A DNA stretch of 52,256 nt, the filler included, from Trypethelium eluteriae (Eukaryota): NCBI GenBank assembly GCA_051942245.1. It is 2 parts of 2 records of this genome, joined end to end, with 100 filler letters (N's around TTAATTAATTAA, not from the genome) between each part and the next. Parts side by side here need not be neighbours in the genome. Positions count along the whole stretch, not along the records: positions 26,241 to 52,256 come from JAVECL010000361.1; 1 more part is not named here. The stretch is one strand, 5' to 3'. Below are positions 34,190-47,172 of the stretch, in pieces (within the stretch, counting starts at the first letter, position 1; every line of letters starts with the position of its first letter). The notes below the pieces were generated by a model, which was not told the origin of the DNA, ran no database searches, and worked only from the letters and a program-made list of their open reading frames with translations. The position numbers were made by a program, and so were the translations under genes.

Positions 34190-36397
34190 ATGGACAACAC
34201 AGCCAAGGTGGAAGGCCTTCTGAAACAGCTCGACGCTCAACGAGATGCATATCTAGAAACCTTTTCCAAAGTGCATGAACTCCTTGCACAGAATCTGGCT
34301 ACCACAGCTCAGACGAAATTTGAATCTGAAGGATCTCCGGAGTCACCGAGATCACCAAGGCCATCGGCTTTCCGCATAACCACCGGAAGCACTGCGGAAG
34401 ACCGTAAGCAATCTGAGGTACCATCGACACTACAAACATCCTCTGCCTCGAGAGCAACAGGTGAAGAGTCAGATCAGGAGCATGACGAGTGCTACTATGT
34501 GCAGGTACCATTGGAGCCACAAACTTATGATCATGAGGAGCTACGCGAGCATCTCCAAAACTACAAATGGGACTTTGGCTGCAAAAGAATCCTAGAAACA
34601 GTTGTTGACAATCCAGTCCGTCTACAACAGGAGTGGCTCTTTCCAAATACTCCCGGTCCGGCAGATGACAGGAGCCACTACAGCGGCTATCAAATCTTCG
34701 ATGTTGGTACCGATGGCGCTCCTCTTCCTGTCGACGTTACCCAAGTCGAGTCCGTTACTAGCAAAGCGACTGCGATCTGGCACGCCATTAAAGACATAAA
34801 TCAACCTTCCAAGGAGCGAAAGGCTGTTGGTCGGATCACCACCTTGCGCGAACTCTCGCCAATCCTTTTTGGAGCCGTGCATCTGACTATGTACCGGAGC
34901 TTCGACGTTGATGAGCTGTTTCGACACCTCGTTGACTCTGAATCCTCCTCTTCACACGTTCATCGTGCATTCTCGAACGATTCACGACAGCAATCCTCTT
35001 TCGTCTTTAGCTTGGAGTACTTCACTATACTAGGTGACGAATGCAAACCTATGAAATGGCAACTAGCGGATCGCCAGGAACAGCGCGCCCGGCACCATAT
35101 TCCCATCACACGCTGTAGTTCTGTCATTGCTCTCTCCTTAAGCGGAAAACCAATCCGTAAAGTCAGGAATCCAGGACGACGCGTCAAGAACAGCAGTAGC
35201 TACGGCCACGCCTACGACCCCTGGGCACCCTGGCAAGTCCTAAATCTCCAATGCTACCCCGACTGGAAATCCAGCACCGACGTGCACGAAAGTAGCCGCA
35301 ACTACGTCAACGGCCCCGAAGCCTTCATGGTGACCCTCCTCGGCGAATACCGCGACGCGCAACGCCGCTTCGACGACATCTACCGGCGCATCACGAAGCT
35401 CATCACGCCCTCGCTAAACTTCATGTTCGACGCCTCGCTGCGCGACGCGCTCCTCTTCGAAGACCGCGACTTCACCTTCTCGCGCCGCTACTTCTGGGCC
35501 TTCCAGACGCTGGGCATCATCAACGACAGCATCAAATCCATGATCGACGCATACGACGACGCCTTCCCGGCGTCGGTGTGGGACGGGACGCACAAGACGC
35601 TGTGGCCGCTGCTCGAGCCTGACGCGCCCCGCAGCGCGTTCTACCGCCGGAAGATGGCGTCGCTGAAACAGCAGTTCGAGGCGGAGATCGCGAATCTGCG
35701 CGCGCTGATTGATGAGAATAATGCGCGTAGGGCGGAGGTCCGCTCGTTGAGGGATCAGCTGTTTAGCGGGACGTCGGTGCTGGAGTCCCGCAAGAGCGTC
35801 GAGCAGACGGAGATTACGGTGCAGCAGGGGCATAATATCAAGCTTCTCACGCTTGTGTCCATCTTCTTCTTGCCGCTTACGTTCGTGACCAGCGTATTCG
35901 GAATGACGAATATGCCGGAGGGCGCGCATTTCTGGTTGTTTGGAGTGGTCACGGCGACGGTTTGTGTTCCGTTTTTTGTGCTGATTGGGAGCTTGAATAC
36001 GACGCGGGGCATGAAATTCTGGAGGGAGAAGTCTGGGGTAGGGGTGCGGAAGATGGGAGAGTTGGTGGGATGGGTCATAGGGAGGAAGAAGAGGAGAGAT
36101 GGGCTGAATGACCAGGGTACCAAGGGCGGGGAAGATGGCAATGATGGACAGGGGGAGCCGGTGACGCGAAGTCGGTCTGCACAGGAGGGAATTACAATGA
36201 GATTGATGAAGTGGGGAACGGGGAAGAGCGAGGTAATATCGGAGACGAAGGACGATGAGAAGAAGAGGGTAGACTCTAAGGCTATGGAGGATAATGGAAG
36301 TCAAAGTCAAGACGAGAGGAGGCCGAGTCGGCTAGTAGAGATGTTAAGGCAGGAAAAGGCGAGGGGTTCGGTGACAGGGGAGGAAATTTCGGTGTAA
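34190..36397 (+). CDS. CorA-like Mg2+ transporter domain protein (fungal)
   Basis: 735-aa ORF: long helical stalk, then IKLLTLVSIFFLPLTFVTSVFGMTN (GMN-like motif) and a second TM helix. Confidence 0.8.
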   Translation: MDNTAKVEGLLKQLDAQRDAYLETFSKVHELLAQNLATTAQTKFESEGSPESPRSPRPSAFRITTGSTAEDRKQSEVPSTLQTSSASRATGEESDQEHDECYYVQVPLEPQTYDHEELREHLQNYKWDFGCKRILETVVDNPVRLQQEWLFPNTPGPADDRSHYSGYQIFDVGTDGAPLPVDVTQVESVTSKATAIWHAIKDINQPSKERKAVGRITTLRELSPILFGAVHLTMYRSFDVDELFRHLVDSESSSSHVHRAFSNDSRQQSSFVFSLEYFTILGDECKPMKWQLADRQEQRARHHIPITRCSSVIALSLSGKPIRKVRNPGRRVKNSSSYGHAYDPWAPWQVLNLQCYPDWKSSTDVHESSRNYVNGPEAFMVTLLGEYRDAQRRFDDIYRRITKLITPSLNFMFDASLRDALLFEDRDFTFSRRYFWAFQTLGIINDSIKSMIDAYDDAFPASVWDGTHKTLWPLLEPDAPRSAFYRRKMASLKQQFEAEIANLRALIDENNARRAEVRSLRDQLFSGTSVLESRKSVEQTEITVQQGHNIKLLTLVSIFFLPLTFVTSVFGMTNMPEGAHFWLFGVVTATVCVPFFVLIGSLNTTRGMKFWREKSGVGVRKMGELVGWVIGRKKRRDGLNDQGTKGGEDGNDGQGEPVTRSRSAQEGITMRLMKWGTGKSEVISETKDDEKKRVDSKAMEDNGSQSQDERRPSRLVEMLRQEKARGSVTGEEISV

Positions 36398-36633
36398 GAT
36401 GCCTTTTAAGGTAGAGTACAAAAGTTTTCAGTCTATTTCACAGCTGGCAGTGTCATACCTATGGCGTATGGAAGATATAAATCATGAAATCAACTCTTGG
36501 GAAAGAGCCATATCTACATAGCCTCAGTCTATCAAGGTAGGTGAGAACAGTTAAAATGCAATTGGCTAGTTCTATCTACAGACTTCTAAGCCCCGCATGA
36601 CCGCCAGATATAAATCGTACAAGTGAGGCTAGC

Positions 36634-37745
36634 CTACTGCTCGGAAGCGGCGGCACCCGTGATGATCTCTACCAATTCACCAGTAATAACAGCTTGTCGA
36701 GTTCGGTTGAAAAGAATCTGGAACTTATTGATCATGTCTCCAGCATTCTTTGAGGCATTCTGAGACATATTAGTGGATGACCAAACTCCATAAAGGCACA
36801 GACAGCATGACTTACGTCCATGGCGTTCCGTCGGGCAGAGATCTCACAAGCGTGGCCTTCAGCTAGGGCCCAATAGAGGGTGTTAGCAAGTGCGTATTCG
36901 GTCAAATTCTTAAGAACCTCATCGTCGATTTCAAATGCGGCGAAGTTGGCTAAAGCAGATCAATCAGTGACTGGGCCAAGTCGACATGAGACAAATCGGT
37001 CCTTACGCGATTCAGCAACAGCTTCCTCAGAAAATGCCTCGACGGTAGTAGGCTCATAGCTGGTGGCATTAATGAATTTGTTGTACAACACCTTTATAGA
37101 CGAGTAATCGGTGGGAAGCAGTGAGACCTGATCGGCAATGGCTTGGGCATCTGCGAAAGTCGGAATATCCTTGCCCAAGCCGGCAAAACTCAACACGATT
37201 TGCCTCCCATTGCTTCTCGACAGCTGGCCTTTGCATTTCTCACCCACGATGGCTAAGTCCACATTCGGCTGCTCATTAAGCATCGCTCTCACTCTTCTTG
37301 AGAGACCTGAATGAATACCACCGCAGAGACCTTTGTCGGAGCTGCATACGACAAGTAGTTGTTTTTTGTCCTCCGCTTCGGTTGGCTTTGTTTCAGCTTC
37401 GTCGAAGACGGTTTTTGAGGTCTCGCCATAAGCACGGGAGTCATTCATGGCACGCTGGGCGCGGGTGAGCTTGGTAGAGGCAACGATTTTCATGGTCTTT
37501 GTGATTTTCTCAATGTTGCGAATCGACTTGAGACGACCCTCAATTTCTCGAAGCGTAGCGTAGTTGGCTGCATTGGCGACAGGCGATGCGACAGGCCTAG
37601 GCAAAAAAGCGTTTGTTAGAATCTGTACCCAATTGAAGCGACTCCGATTGCTTGAGCTCGTATGGGATTCCAGAGATGCGTACCGTGAGGAGGCGACGAC
37701 GACACAGGCTCGGAAAGCCGGCCGGGCAGTCCGCGAGAGCATCAT
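36634..37745 (-). CDS. ATP3: Mitochondrial F1 ATP synthase gamma subunit, 4 exons
   Basis: [58 protein letters not shown]. Introns 37597-37683, ~36949-37006 and ~36761-36815. Confidence 0.96.
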
Positions 37746-38289
37746 GACGATGATGATGAGCAAGCTTGGCAGTGGAGGTAGATATTCACTGGTGCCTCGG
37801 AGGAGATGAATTGAGACACCACCAAGCTTTTGGTGACAGTACCTTATGCTTCGCTCTCCTCGGATGGTGAGTGTCGTGGTTTGCCCGGAGCTCACTTCAC
37901 GCTAGCACCACTTATGGAGTAGCGCGTCACGAGATAAAGTCAGCCAATCAGACGCGAGCCGCTCATTCTGGCCGGAAGCGCATCAAGGAGACGAGCGAAT
38001 CCGAGGGCCTTGGGCCTCGCATTCAAGAAGACAATCGTCTCGCCCATCTGACCTTTCTTCCTATTATCCACTTGCTTGCTCCTCCTCGCTTCACTCTACA
38101 TACTCCACCCACCCTACTTCACCTTTTCGCCCCGCAGAAACCGCCATCGACGTCGCAAACACGCGCATTCTTCGCTACTCTTTCTCCATATGCCGACGCT
38201 TCCCCACTGCTAACCTTCCTTTTGCTGCCTCAGGCCGCTTGCGCCAGCTAAGATACTCGATCAGACTGTCTCACTCTGCAATCCACATC

Positions 38290-41200
38290 ATGTCTTCCTC
38301 CGACGATGACGTGCCCTTAGTGAAGGGAAAACAAACCAACGGTGGTAAGCTCATGCCTAGTCCGCTGGACACTTCCTAGCGCCTCCACCCGCCTCAGCTC
38401 TTTTTCTTGCGGATCTGGCCGCCAAAATTCACGTGGGAAACTCTACCTCGTCGACTCACTTCCACTCCATACCTGTGCTGCAGCCTGATACACAAACTCA
38501 AACAATCCTTATCACTAACATTATCTTCTCAGTCTCGGATAAGTCACCTGATGTCATACCCAAAAGCCTCGACAAAGAAATGGACAAGCAAGGCCCGAAG
38601 TCTAATGGCCACGTCGAACCCGGCATCTCCGTAGCCAACGGACCAGTCAATGAGATGGACGTGGATCAGCAAGGAGCAAACGGTGCCAATGGGTCAGCAC
38701 CGAACAAGCGCAAATCGAGGACCAGTGTCCCCTCCAAGAGCTACAAAGAAGCGTCAGACTCCGAAGATGATGAAAAGCCACTGGTGGGTCTGCCCCTACC
38801 CTACGCCAAATCCGTCTTCTTTCGCTGACTCTGCTACAGAGTAAGCGAAGGAAAACCACCACCAAGGAAGATGATTCCGACGATGAGCCCCTCGTTAGGA
38901 AAGCCGCTGTGACAAAGCCTCCGGAGGTAGCTGCTGCGCAGATCGGCGAAGAAGATGATTCGGATGTCCCACTAGACAAGAAACTCACGAAACAAAAAGC
39001 CAACATTGAGAAGGCCGCAGAAAAAGAGGCCAAGGCGATTCGCTCGAACGATGCAAAGAAGCGGCGAGCTCGGAAAGCAGCTAGTGATAGTGAGGACGAG
39101 AAGCCACTATCGAAGAAGAAGGCGGCTCCTGCAAAACCTACGCCTGCCAAGCCAAAGGCACGGACGAATGGAGTCAAGAAAGAAGAGTCAGAGGACGATG
39201 TGCCTCTTCGAAAGAAAGTCCAAGCAGCTGCTTCAACCCCCGACAAGAAGGGTAAGGGAAAGAAAGCTGTCAAAGAGGAAGAGGAGGTCGACTTCGAGGG
39301 AGAGGAGGATGATGAGAACAACTGGTGGAATGATCCAACCGGGGGTGATGACAGTATCAAGTGGAATACACTCGAGCACAATGGCGTCGTCTTCCCTCCA
39401 CCATACGAACCGCTCCCAAAGAACGTTAAGCTGAAATATGATGGCATTCCCATTTCCCTTGAACCCGAGGCCGAAGAGGTCGCTACATTCTTTGGCAGTA
39501 TGCTTAACTCTACCCATAACGTCGAAAATCCTACCTTTCGACAGAATTTCTTTGCCGATTTCCAAGCTGTTCTTAAGAAGCATGGCAAAGGTGGCAGAGA
39601 CAGAGATGGCAACCTCGTACAAATTGAGAAATTCGAGAAATGTGATTTCAAGTCTATCTTTGACTGGTTTGATACCGAACGAGAGAAGAAGAAAGCTCTG
39701 CCTGCAGCAGAGAAGAAAGCCATCAAAAAAGACAAAGATGAGAAGGAAGCTCCTTATGCGTACTGTCTTTGGAATGGCAAGAAACAGAAAGTTGGTAACT
39801 TTCGAGTCGAGCCTCCAGGCCTCTTCCGTGGTCGTGGTGAGCACCCTAAGACTGGTAAAGTCAAGAAACGTGTTCAAGCCGAACAAATCACCATCAACAT
39901 TGGCAAAGAGGCAACTGTACCTGCCCCGCCTGAAGGTCATGCCTGGAAAGAAATCAGGCACGACCAGACTGGGACCTGGCTAGCCATGTGGCAAGAGAAC
40001 ATCAATGGTGCCTACAAGTACGTCATGTTGGCTGCTAATTCCGATGTCAAAGGGCAAGCCGATCACAAGAAATTTGAAAAGGCGCGCGAGCTCAAGAAAT
40101 ACATTGATGTCATTCGAAAAGATTACACCCGGGATCTAAAATCCGAGGTCATGGCCGATCGTCAACGCGCTACTGCAGTCTATCTCATTGACCAATTCGC
40201 CCTTCGGGCAGGCAATGAGAAGAATGAAGATGAAGCCGATACCGTTGGTTGCTGCTCACTCAAATATGAGCATATCACACTACAACCACCAAACAAGGTC
40301 ATTTTCGATTTTCTGGGTAAAGATAGTATTCGCTTCTATGATGAGGTTACCGTCGATGCGCAAGTCTTTAAAAACCTCAGGATTTTCAAGAAGGCGCCAA
40401 AGGGCGAAGGTGACGAGATCTTTGACCGTCTTAACACTGCTTCTCTCAACAAGCATCTCGGAAACTACATGCCTGGCCTTACTGCTAAAGTATTCCGTAC
40501 CTACAACGCGTCGTGGACGATGGCAAAACTGCTTAAAGAAATGAAAGAGACCGGTCTCAGTATTCCAGAGAAGGTCAAGGATTACAATGATGCAAATCGC
40601 AAAGTCGCCATTCTTTGCAATCATAAACGCACCGTCACAGCAGGCCACGCTGGGCAGATGGAGAAAATGCAAGATAAGGTAAGTCACCCTCTCCTACGCT
40701 GTTTCCGCTTCCTTTAAAGAAGCCTTGCCAATATTCTGTTCTCAGATCAACGGTCTCCGCTTCGAGCAATGGCGGATTCGGCAGATGATGCTCGACCTCG
40801 ACCCGAAAGAAAAGAAACGACGTGGTGCCGAGTTTTTCGAGCTACCCGAAGACTTGCAGGGTGAGGACTGGGTCAAGAACCATCACGCCGCACTTGTGGA
40901 AGAGCAGCGCCAGAAGATCACCAAGAAGTTCGAAAAGGACAATGAGAAGCTCAAAGCAAATGGCGAAAAGGAACTGAAGCAGAAAGAACTCAAAGAGCGC
41001 ATGGAAGTTGCGACTGATTTGGAGAAGAAGTTCAAGAGGGAGCTCAAGACTGGGAAAGTGGAAGCGGAGGGTAAGGGCGTGAACATTGAGAAGCTGGACG
41101 CCAGAGTGGAAAAGTTGGATGAACGGATCCGGAATATGAGCACGCAGGCAGAAGACAAGGATGCGAATAAGGAGGTCGCGCTTGGCACGTCAAAGATTGT

Positions 41201-41403
41201 AAGTCTTATCGCTCGCCCTTACCTAATTATAAGCCTGCTGGAATCATGTCTGATGGGCGGCATGTTAGAACTACATCGATCCGCGTCTCACCGTCGTCTT
41301 CTCCAAGAAGTTTGACGTACCCATCGAACGCTTCTTCTCCAAGACACTCCGAGACAAGTTCAAGTGGGCTATTGAGAGTGTCGACGAGGATTGGGATTTC
41401 TAA
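38290..41403 (+). CDS. TOP1: DNA topoisomerase I (type IB), 5 exons
   Basis: [43 protein letters not shown], catalytic GTSKI|NYIDPR. Introns ~38345-38532, ~38783-38839, ~40679-40745 and ~41199-41268. Confidence 0.97.
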
Positions 41404-42419
41404 ATGACCTTGCCCCTGCGGCATGTCACCACTACACCTGCGGAGCGCAATCTATTGCTAATCGTGCATTTTCAACCCCCTTGCCAAAGGCTTTTTCGCT
41501 CCAATTTTGAGGCAATTTGGATACAAGACAAGACTGGTGGCATGAATCGATATTCAGCATTTTCTTTCAGCATTCCTTTGTTCCTATTTCCAGCTGTACA
41601 TCTCTGATTGAGTGTGCGTCGGGGCGTGCATCAGCGAGCATTCGATGCATTTGGACTGCGGCAGGAGCACTTGATTGCCCAATTTTCAGGGCCACTGGGG
41701 AGAATGATGACTTGGAAGGGAGATTGCAGATGACAGAAGGCGGTATGCCAGTTGCTCAGTTTAGCTTACTGATCAATGTAACAGAGTTGTTGTCTTTACA
41801 TGCTCCTTACATGGACTGCTGATCCTGCTTTATCCCTTTGACTGCAAGTGAAAGGTGGTCGGGTCAAGGAGCTCTTTCGGAGGTCTTGGTATTACGAGGC
41901 TGGACCCGTCCCGACCTGATTTTCGGATTTCTGCAGCACCCACTGGCTCAAAATGAAGGCCGGCTTTCTTGTCATGTTCAAGCTTCGGCCCACGATACCA
42001 ACATCGGGAAAGCGAAATGTGAGTAGTAAGCGCTAGTCGACGGCCGAGGCTCCTTTTGCTCAAACTTTTCTTCACTAGGACAACTGTCGCCATGCACCTC
42101 TTGATAGGCTTTTGTCACGAATATGATCTGCACGGGGGATGAAGACGAGTGTCGAGGATCAATAGCTTGGCAAGCCAATTGGCGCTAGTGAGGCCTGAGA
42201 AGACAAGGTCTACACTCTACATGATTGGCCAGGTTTGTAGGCGCAAGCCTATTTGGTAAACCTGCAGAAGATGGCGCACCACCAGTAGCGATTGCGGCTC
42301 TGCTGTGTCAACAGAGAATCTTGCTCCTTAGCAGATTTTACTGCCTGCTCTGGGCGTTTGAACGATGCTGAATTTTCATTGTCTCATTTTGAGTCACCAT
42401 TCTATGTTCACTCTGCAAA

Positions 42420-44039
42420 ATGGCACTGTATCTCTCACTCTTCTTTTTCACTCTGTTTAGTGCGTCTAATGGACAACAGACCACTGCTCCTGTACCGATT
42501 ACGCACATTACGGACAACCGAGGCCGTACTGCTCTGCTATGGTCATCCATTGGCTTAGCTGTTCTGACGTCGGTCTTACAGGGAATCATCTCGACTGTCG
42601 TCCTCATCGCCGAAGAGCAGGACATGTGGACATTCCGCTTCAGGATCGCAAAGTTTGAGCACTGGTGGTGGACTGCCGTTGGCACTCTCCTAATGATGTC
42701 ATTTGGTTTAATCGTTATCTCGTTCTTAGCTGGTAATAACAACGATTCGGTTGGAGTGTTGGCTCTGTCCACGGCAACTGCAATTGTTATTGTTAGGTAC
42801 GCAATTCCCTCATGGCGCCATCGGTACTACATCCAGAGCCGGTGGCTGGCTTGGACCGGCCCGAGTCGCACTGCCATATCGTACCGCTATGGGCCTGTGT
42901 GCGGCACTGACCGACATTGGGAGAGACTCAGCAAGATGGTTCGACCAACCAGCGCAGCGCCGCCATCAGATGATTGGGGCCTGGCTTTGAAACCTCAGAA
43001 GGGAATAGCAGAGGACCCGACCGCGATCCTCAACGGCCTAGGGGAAATCAACTCCAGCATGATATTTGGCCAAAATTGGGAGATAGGGCCATGTGTCTAC
43101 GATGACGGATTTCGAGGCGATTACAACATCAATTCATTGTCATTGTTGTGGGGTTCTGCAACAGGTTTCCGACCGCGGGTATCCCGAGCCATCAACAGCA
43201 TGCCGCAATCTCTTTTAAAATCGAGACCTTTCACTATCGATGGTTACAACGGTGAGGGATTGTGTCTAGCTATGGGTATACTCGGACGAAATAAGGGATT
43301 ACTACCAAGAGAAATCGTCTTCGACTCGGACGATAGCATAAAGCAGTCGCGAGGAGTCCGTCGAGAGAATGCGCTGAGAGGGACCATAAGTGAGCTTGAG
43401 AATACATCGAAGTGGGCACCAAGACCAAACAAGGTCATGCGCAGTTATTACAAAAGAGCCTTGGAGGAGCAGTATGGCTCTTTGCCCTCATCTTTCACAG
43501 CCGCGGCAACCGAGCTCGCACTTATATTTCTAGACTGTTCGCCCGCAGCCATCCAGCAGTGGCTATCATACAAGCTCGAGCAGCAGAGCTTGGAGGTCAA
43601 CATTCAGATGTCTCGTCCAGCCAACTACAGTCTCGAGAATATTGCGGCTACGGAGAAGCAGTTGCAGACGCTGTACCGGGCTCAATATGTGTCCATGATC
43701 CTGTCCATAAATTACTGGCCGCCAAGTGGAGTGAGTCGAGCCAGTCCTACGGAACGCCACCCAGTTTATCGTCCCGACCTGTACTGCTTCGCTTTGCTCT
43801 ATCTTGCTGAAGGCGCTGTGCAGGAAGCCAAAGATGGGAAATGGCAAAAAGGCGCAGGAGCACTAAAGCCGGAATGGTGGGGCAAGGACTGGGTTAAGGC
43901 TCGCCTGACGTTGGAAGCTTCCAGTCTGCAGGGCAATTGGCATGAGTGCGCTGCATGGCTTCTCGGCTTGAAGGGCTGGCCGACTGGCTTGGAGGATTGG
44001 CCGCACTGGCCGGTCGTTATTCACGAACCTGATAGCTGA
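42420..44039 (+). CDS. Uncharacterised membrane protein (N-terminal TM helices plus soluble domain)
   Basis: Intronless 539-aa ORF with 3-4 hydrophobic segments in the first 130 aa; motif GEGLCLAMGILGRNKGL. Confidence 0.75.
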   Translation: MALYLSLFFFTLFSASNGQQTTAPVPITHITDNRGRTALLWSSIGLAVLTSVLQGIISTVVLIAEEQDMWTFRFRIAKFEHWWWTAVGTLLMMSFGLIVISFLAGNNNDSVGVLALSTATAIVIVRYAIPSWRHRYYIQSRWLAWTGPSRTAISYRYGPVCGTDRHWERLSKMVRPTSAAPPSDDWGLALKPQKGIAEDPTAILNGLGEINSSMIFGQNWEIGPCVYDDGFRGDYNINSLSLLWGSATGFRPRVSRAINSMPQSLLKSRPFTIDGYNGEGLCLAMGILGRNKGLLPREIVFDSDDSIKQSRGVRRENALRGTISELENTSKWAPRPNKVMRSYYKRALEEQYGSLPSSFTAAATELALIFLDCSPAAIQQWLSYKLEQQSLEVNIQMSRPANYSLENIAATEKQLQTLYRAQYVSMILSINYWPPSGVSRASPTERHPVYRPDLYCFALLYLAEGAVQEAKDGKWQKGAGALKPEWWGKDWVKARLTLEASSLQGNWHECAAWLLGLKGWPTGLEDWPHWPVVIHEPDS

Positions 44040-45936
44040 ACGTTCAATCCTGTCTGATTGAGCATGTGGATACGATTGATGCCTTTTACAAACTCTTGGG
44101 GATTTCCCGAGGCTCTTGAGTTGGTATGTGAATGAAAGGGACGTTTAGATCTAGTCTGCACTGAACGCACGCAAGCTTATTTCCGTGTTTCGTGTGGACA
44201 GAATAATCGTCCGGTTAATCCATCTTTACCGACGTCGACTTGCAAGATGACGGATCTCTTCCTGCATCTGATGGCTCTACTCGCTCATGCAAGCCAGTGC
44301 TTGCAAACCAGATCCAGGAAGCATTACCGTCTCCGACAGCTACGGAACGGCAAGCAGTTCGAGGACTCAGGAATGTCGAGCAAAACTACTCATCGGGCAA
44401 AGAAGTGACTGCTATCCCTGAATTTAGCTACCACCGGCTTTGGTCCGATCGTGCTAGACCTGTTTGACAGTTTTCCAGGTCTTCCTTCTGGATCAGACTT
44501 TACTGGGTCGTGGGAATTGGGTGGGGGACTGCAAGGCCTAAACAAACAGATCCATGAAGGGCTCGTTGTCAGGAAGGGCTAGCGACTCCACCCCGGTCCG
44601 CTGTGAACGTAATGCTAAGCAGGTTTGCCAATGGCCAACTGCTCTTTTTCCCGTTCCTTCACAGCACATAAGGTGTAGTTACAGATCGGCTTTCTTAACG
44701 AGCCTGCGATTCTTGGAAGATAATGCACTCTGCTATCAGCCAGACCCTTGTCATGCTATCCATGGGACACGCTTGCGTGCTGTAGAATTACTCGTGTAAG
44801 ACTCTTTCCAGAGAACTGTAAGCGGCTCCAGGCAGACACTCCCAAGCACACCAGTCGAGCTAATGCTTTTATTGAGTATTTTGTCTGATATCTACTTATG
44901 CATGAAGGGTTAATTTGCAATTCAGATGACATAGTCTCTTGCACTTCATTTGGCTTCGTCCTTCTTTGGCTGGTAGCTTTCTGCTTAAGAAGCGGTCTAG
45001 ATAATTTAGTATTTGCTGACGCAGCTTTTGCCTCTTCGCCATTATTTTAACGCGTCGTATTGAGCTTCAAGCTACCTCCGATCCTTCGTAGCATTGCCTG
45101 GCATACTTCCAAGCAGAATCAGTCCTTTTTAGCCACAACTCCACGCTACCTTTTCTATGGAACGTCGCAAGAACGTAGCGCGTCAAAATGAGCCAGACCG
45201 CCTACCAAGCTTCAGCGACGAAGCACTGTCGGAATAGGCTTGGTTAAATTGTTGGAGAAGTCGATCAGAGCCGGGCGAATCCTACCTCAGCTGGCTCTAA
45301 GGGATCCTTGCCGACCTGGAAAGTGCATAACAAAAGATCAGCTGTTGTGTAGGGTCGAGAATGAGGTTCGATAACCTACATGGTACCTACACTTTGACGC
45401 CGACGTCGCATTCGATGATCGAAGCCCCGACTACGCTGAAAATTTTCAGTTCGTCAGGTAAATAAGAAAAATGAGCGGAAGCATGGACTGGCAAACGAGG
45501 TCTTGACTACTCAAAGGGGAGACAAGGAAAGTGCGAAGGAGAGTGACTTCTAGCACAGTCACCTGTACGTGTAGGGTATGCTAGCTCACGGATAGTGAAC
45601 GCTGTACATTTCGGGTATGTCTTGAGCTTTCTAGACATGATGGAGGTAAAGATTGGTGCTCGTCTTTGGTAGATCGAAAAATTCTCTCAACTGATGGTAG
45701 GGCTCGTTACCAAGCTACATCTTAATTGACTTCGTTCAGCTTCAGACTTGGATCTTGCCGTGCAAAATGATCTCAAGCCGGCACGCAGCGTAAAGTTTAA
45801 GGGTCGCTATTAGTACTATGAGTAGTGCACTAGTCTTACATGCCTGCGTTTCATCCAGAAGTAATCATCCAGCATATTTACCTGTATTTCCTTGAAACAT
45901 CTAAAATTGCCTCCGACGCCCCGTCATTCATAATCA

Positions 45937-47172
45937 TTAGACGTGATAATTGTGGTATGTCTCCATTAACTCAAGCGGTAGCTTTGCTGACTCCTCCGAG
46001 TATTTGTGACGAATATAGCGGTGATTGAAAGGGATCTCATCGCTGGTGTCGTGCTTTCGTAGACTCCTAGCGCTGTAATTTTCTTGCAATGTCGAAAGTT
46101 TGAGGGTCGCCCAGGTCATATTTGGCGACTGGGGCGGAGTTGGCTTGAATACAGATGTGCCACATCTTAAGAGACTGCGCATTGGGGGTAGGCAAGCCGC
46201 GATGAGATACATGGTCGGCTCGACAAGGCTCAATATGGTGGCAACGGTTCCTAACTCTGCCACGGATGATACGATTAGCATTTGGGTTGACTGCCTTTAG
46301 AATTTCTAGTTCATGTCGAAAAAGGGACTGCTTTGTAACATACTGTATCCACTGTCGTTCAGCCCTTTCAGATAAACAGCCCACCTTGCGACCGAACCAG
46401 CAAGCCCGATTGACCCTGTTGAAAAGGTGAGGACCAATCCTACCCTCTTCGCGAGACTGATATTCAATTTCCATAAGGTCCGGATTGGCAGCACCAGCAT
46501 CACAATGTCTGTCGCTATGTGCGGTGGGTTGTAGGCAAGCGACAAGGCCGTGGTATTAATACATTTATTGCTTGGGTCTTCACCCGTTAAGGCGTAAGAG
46601 CTCCAGTAATATGAGGGAGGTACGCAAATGAGAATCGAGGCAATCGTGAATGCGATACAGTTAGCCACAAGGAATACCGCGACCATCCAAGTGACGATAC
46701 AAAGGCGCCGCTGAACGAAGATGCGGAGGTAGAGTGCACAGATTGAAAGCTTCGGGAACGCTGTTGCGAGACTGTAGAAGACTGCTCCTATGTAGCCAGC
46801 TTTGGCGCCGACGATAGTCTCTGAGATCAATCGAGCATGGTCATTGGGAGAACTGATTACGGCAATGTTTGCTTTCGACAAGACTGTCGCGCTTGGTCAG
46901 CCAATTTTCCTGGTGGATCTCCAGAAAGCTCATATAGCTCTTGATCTCTTACCTATCCAAGTTGTCGCTACTACTATATTAGAGATGAGTCCTAGCAGGA
47001 CGAACACGTCGTCCCATCCAAACCAATGGAATACCCTCAAGCCATCACCACTCGATCGCCATTGGGAGATGAAACGTAAAACGGTGAAAACGATGGCAAG
47101 TACTAACAAGGCAATTGACCAGTACATTTGGATCTGCGTGTCATGGATCTGCTGCACGCTAGTTTCGGACAT
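45937..47172 (-). CDS. PTH11-like fungal rhodopsin-domain integral membrane protein, 3 exons
   Basis: LRF..GWDD, KLSICALYLRIF, CVPPSYYW..C, HIATDIVMLVLPI, VEPTMYLIAACLP. Introns ~46885-46952 and ~46257-46343. No CFEM domain seen. Confidence 0.85.

Noticed and set aside
35414..36310. 298-aa antisense ORF
   Set aside because: Shadow of the GC-rich CorA-like coding strand.
38647..39961. Long antisense ORFs (362 and 242 aa)
   Set aside because: Antisense shadows of TOP1; the F/S/L-rich composition mirrors its K/E codons.
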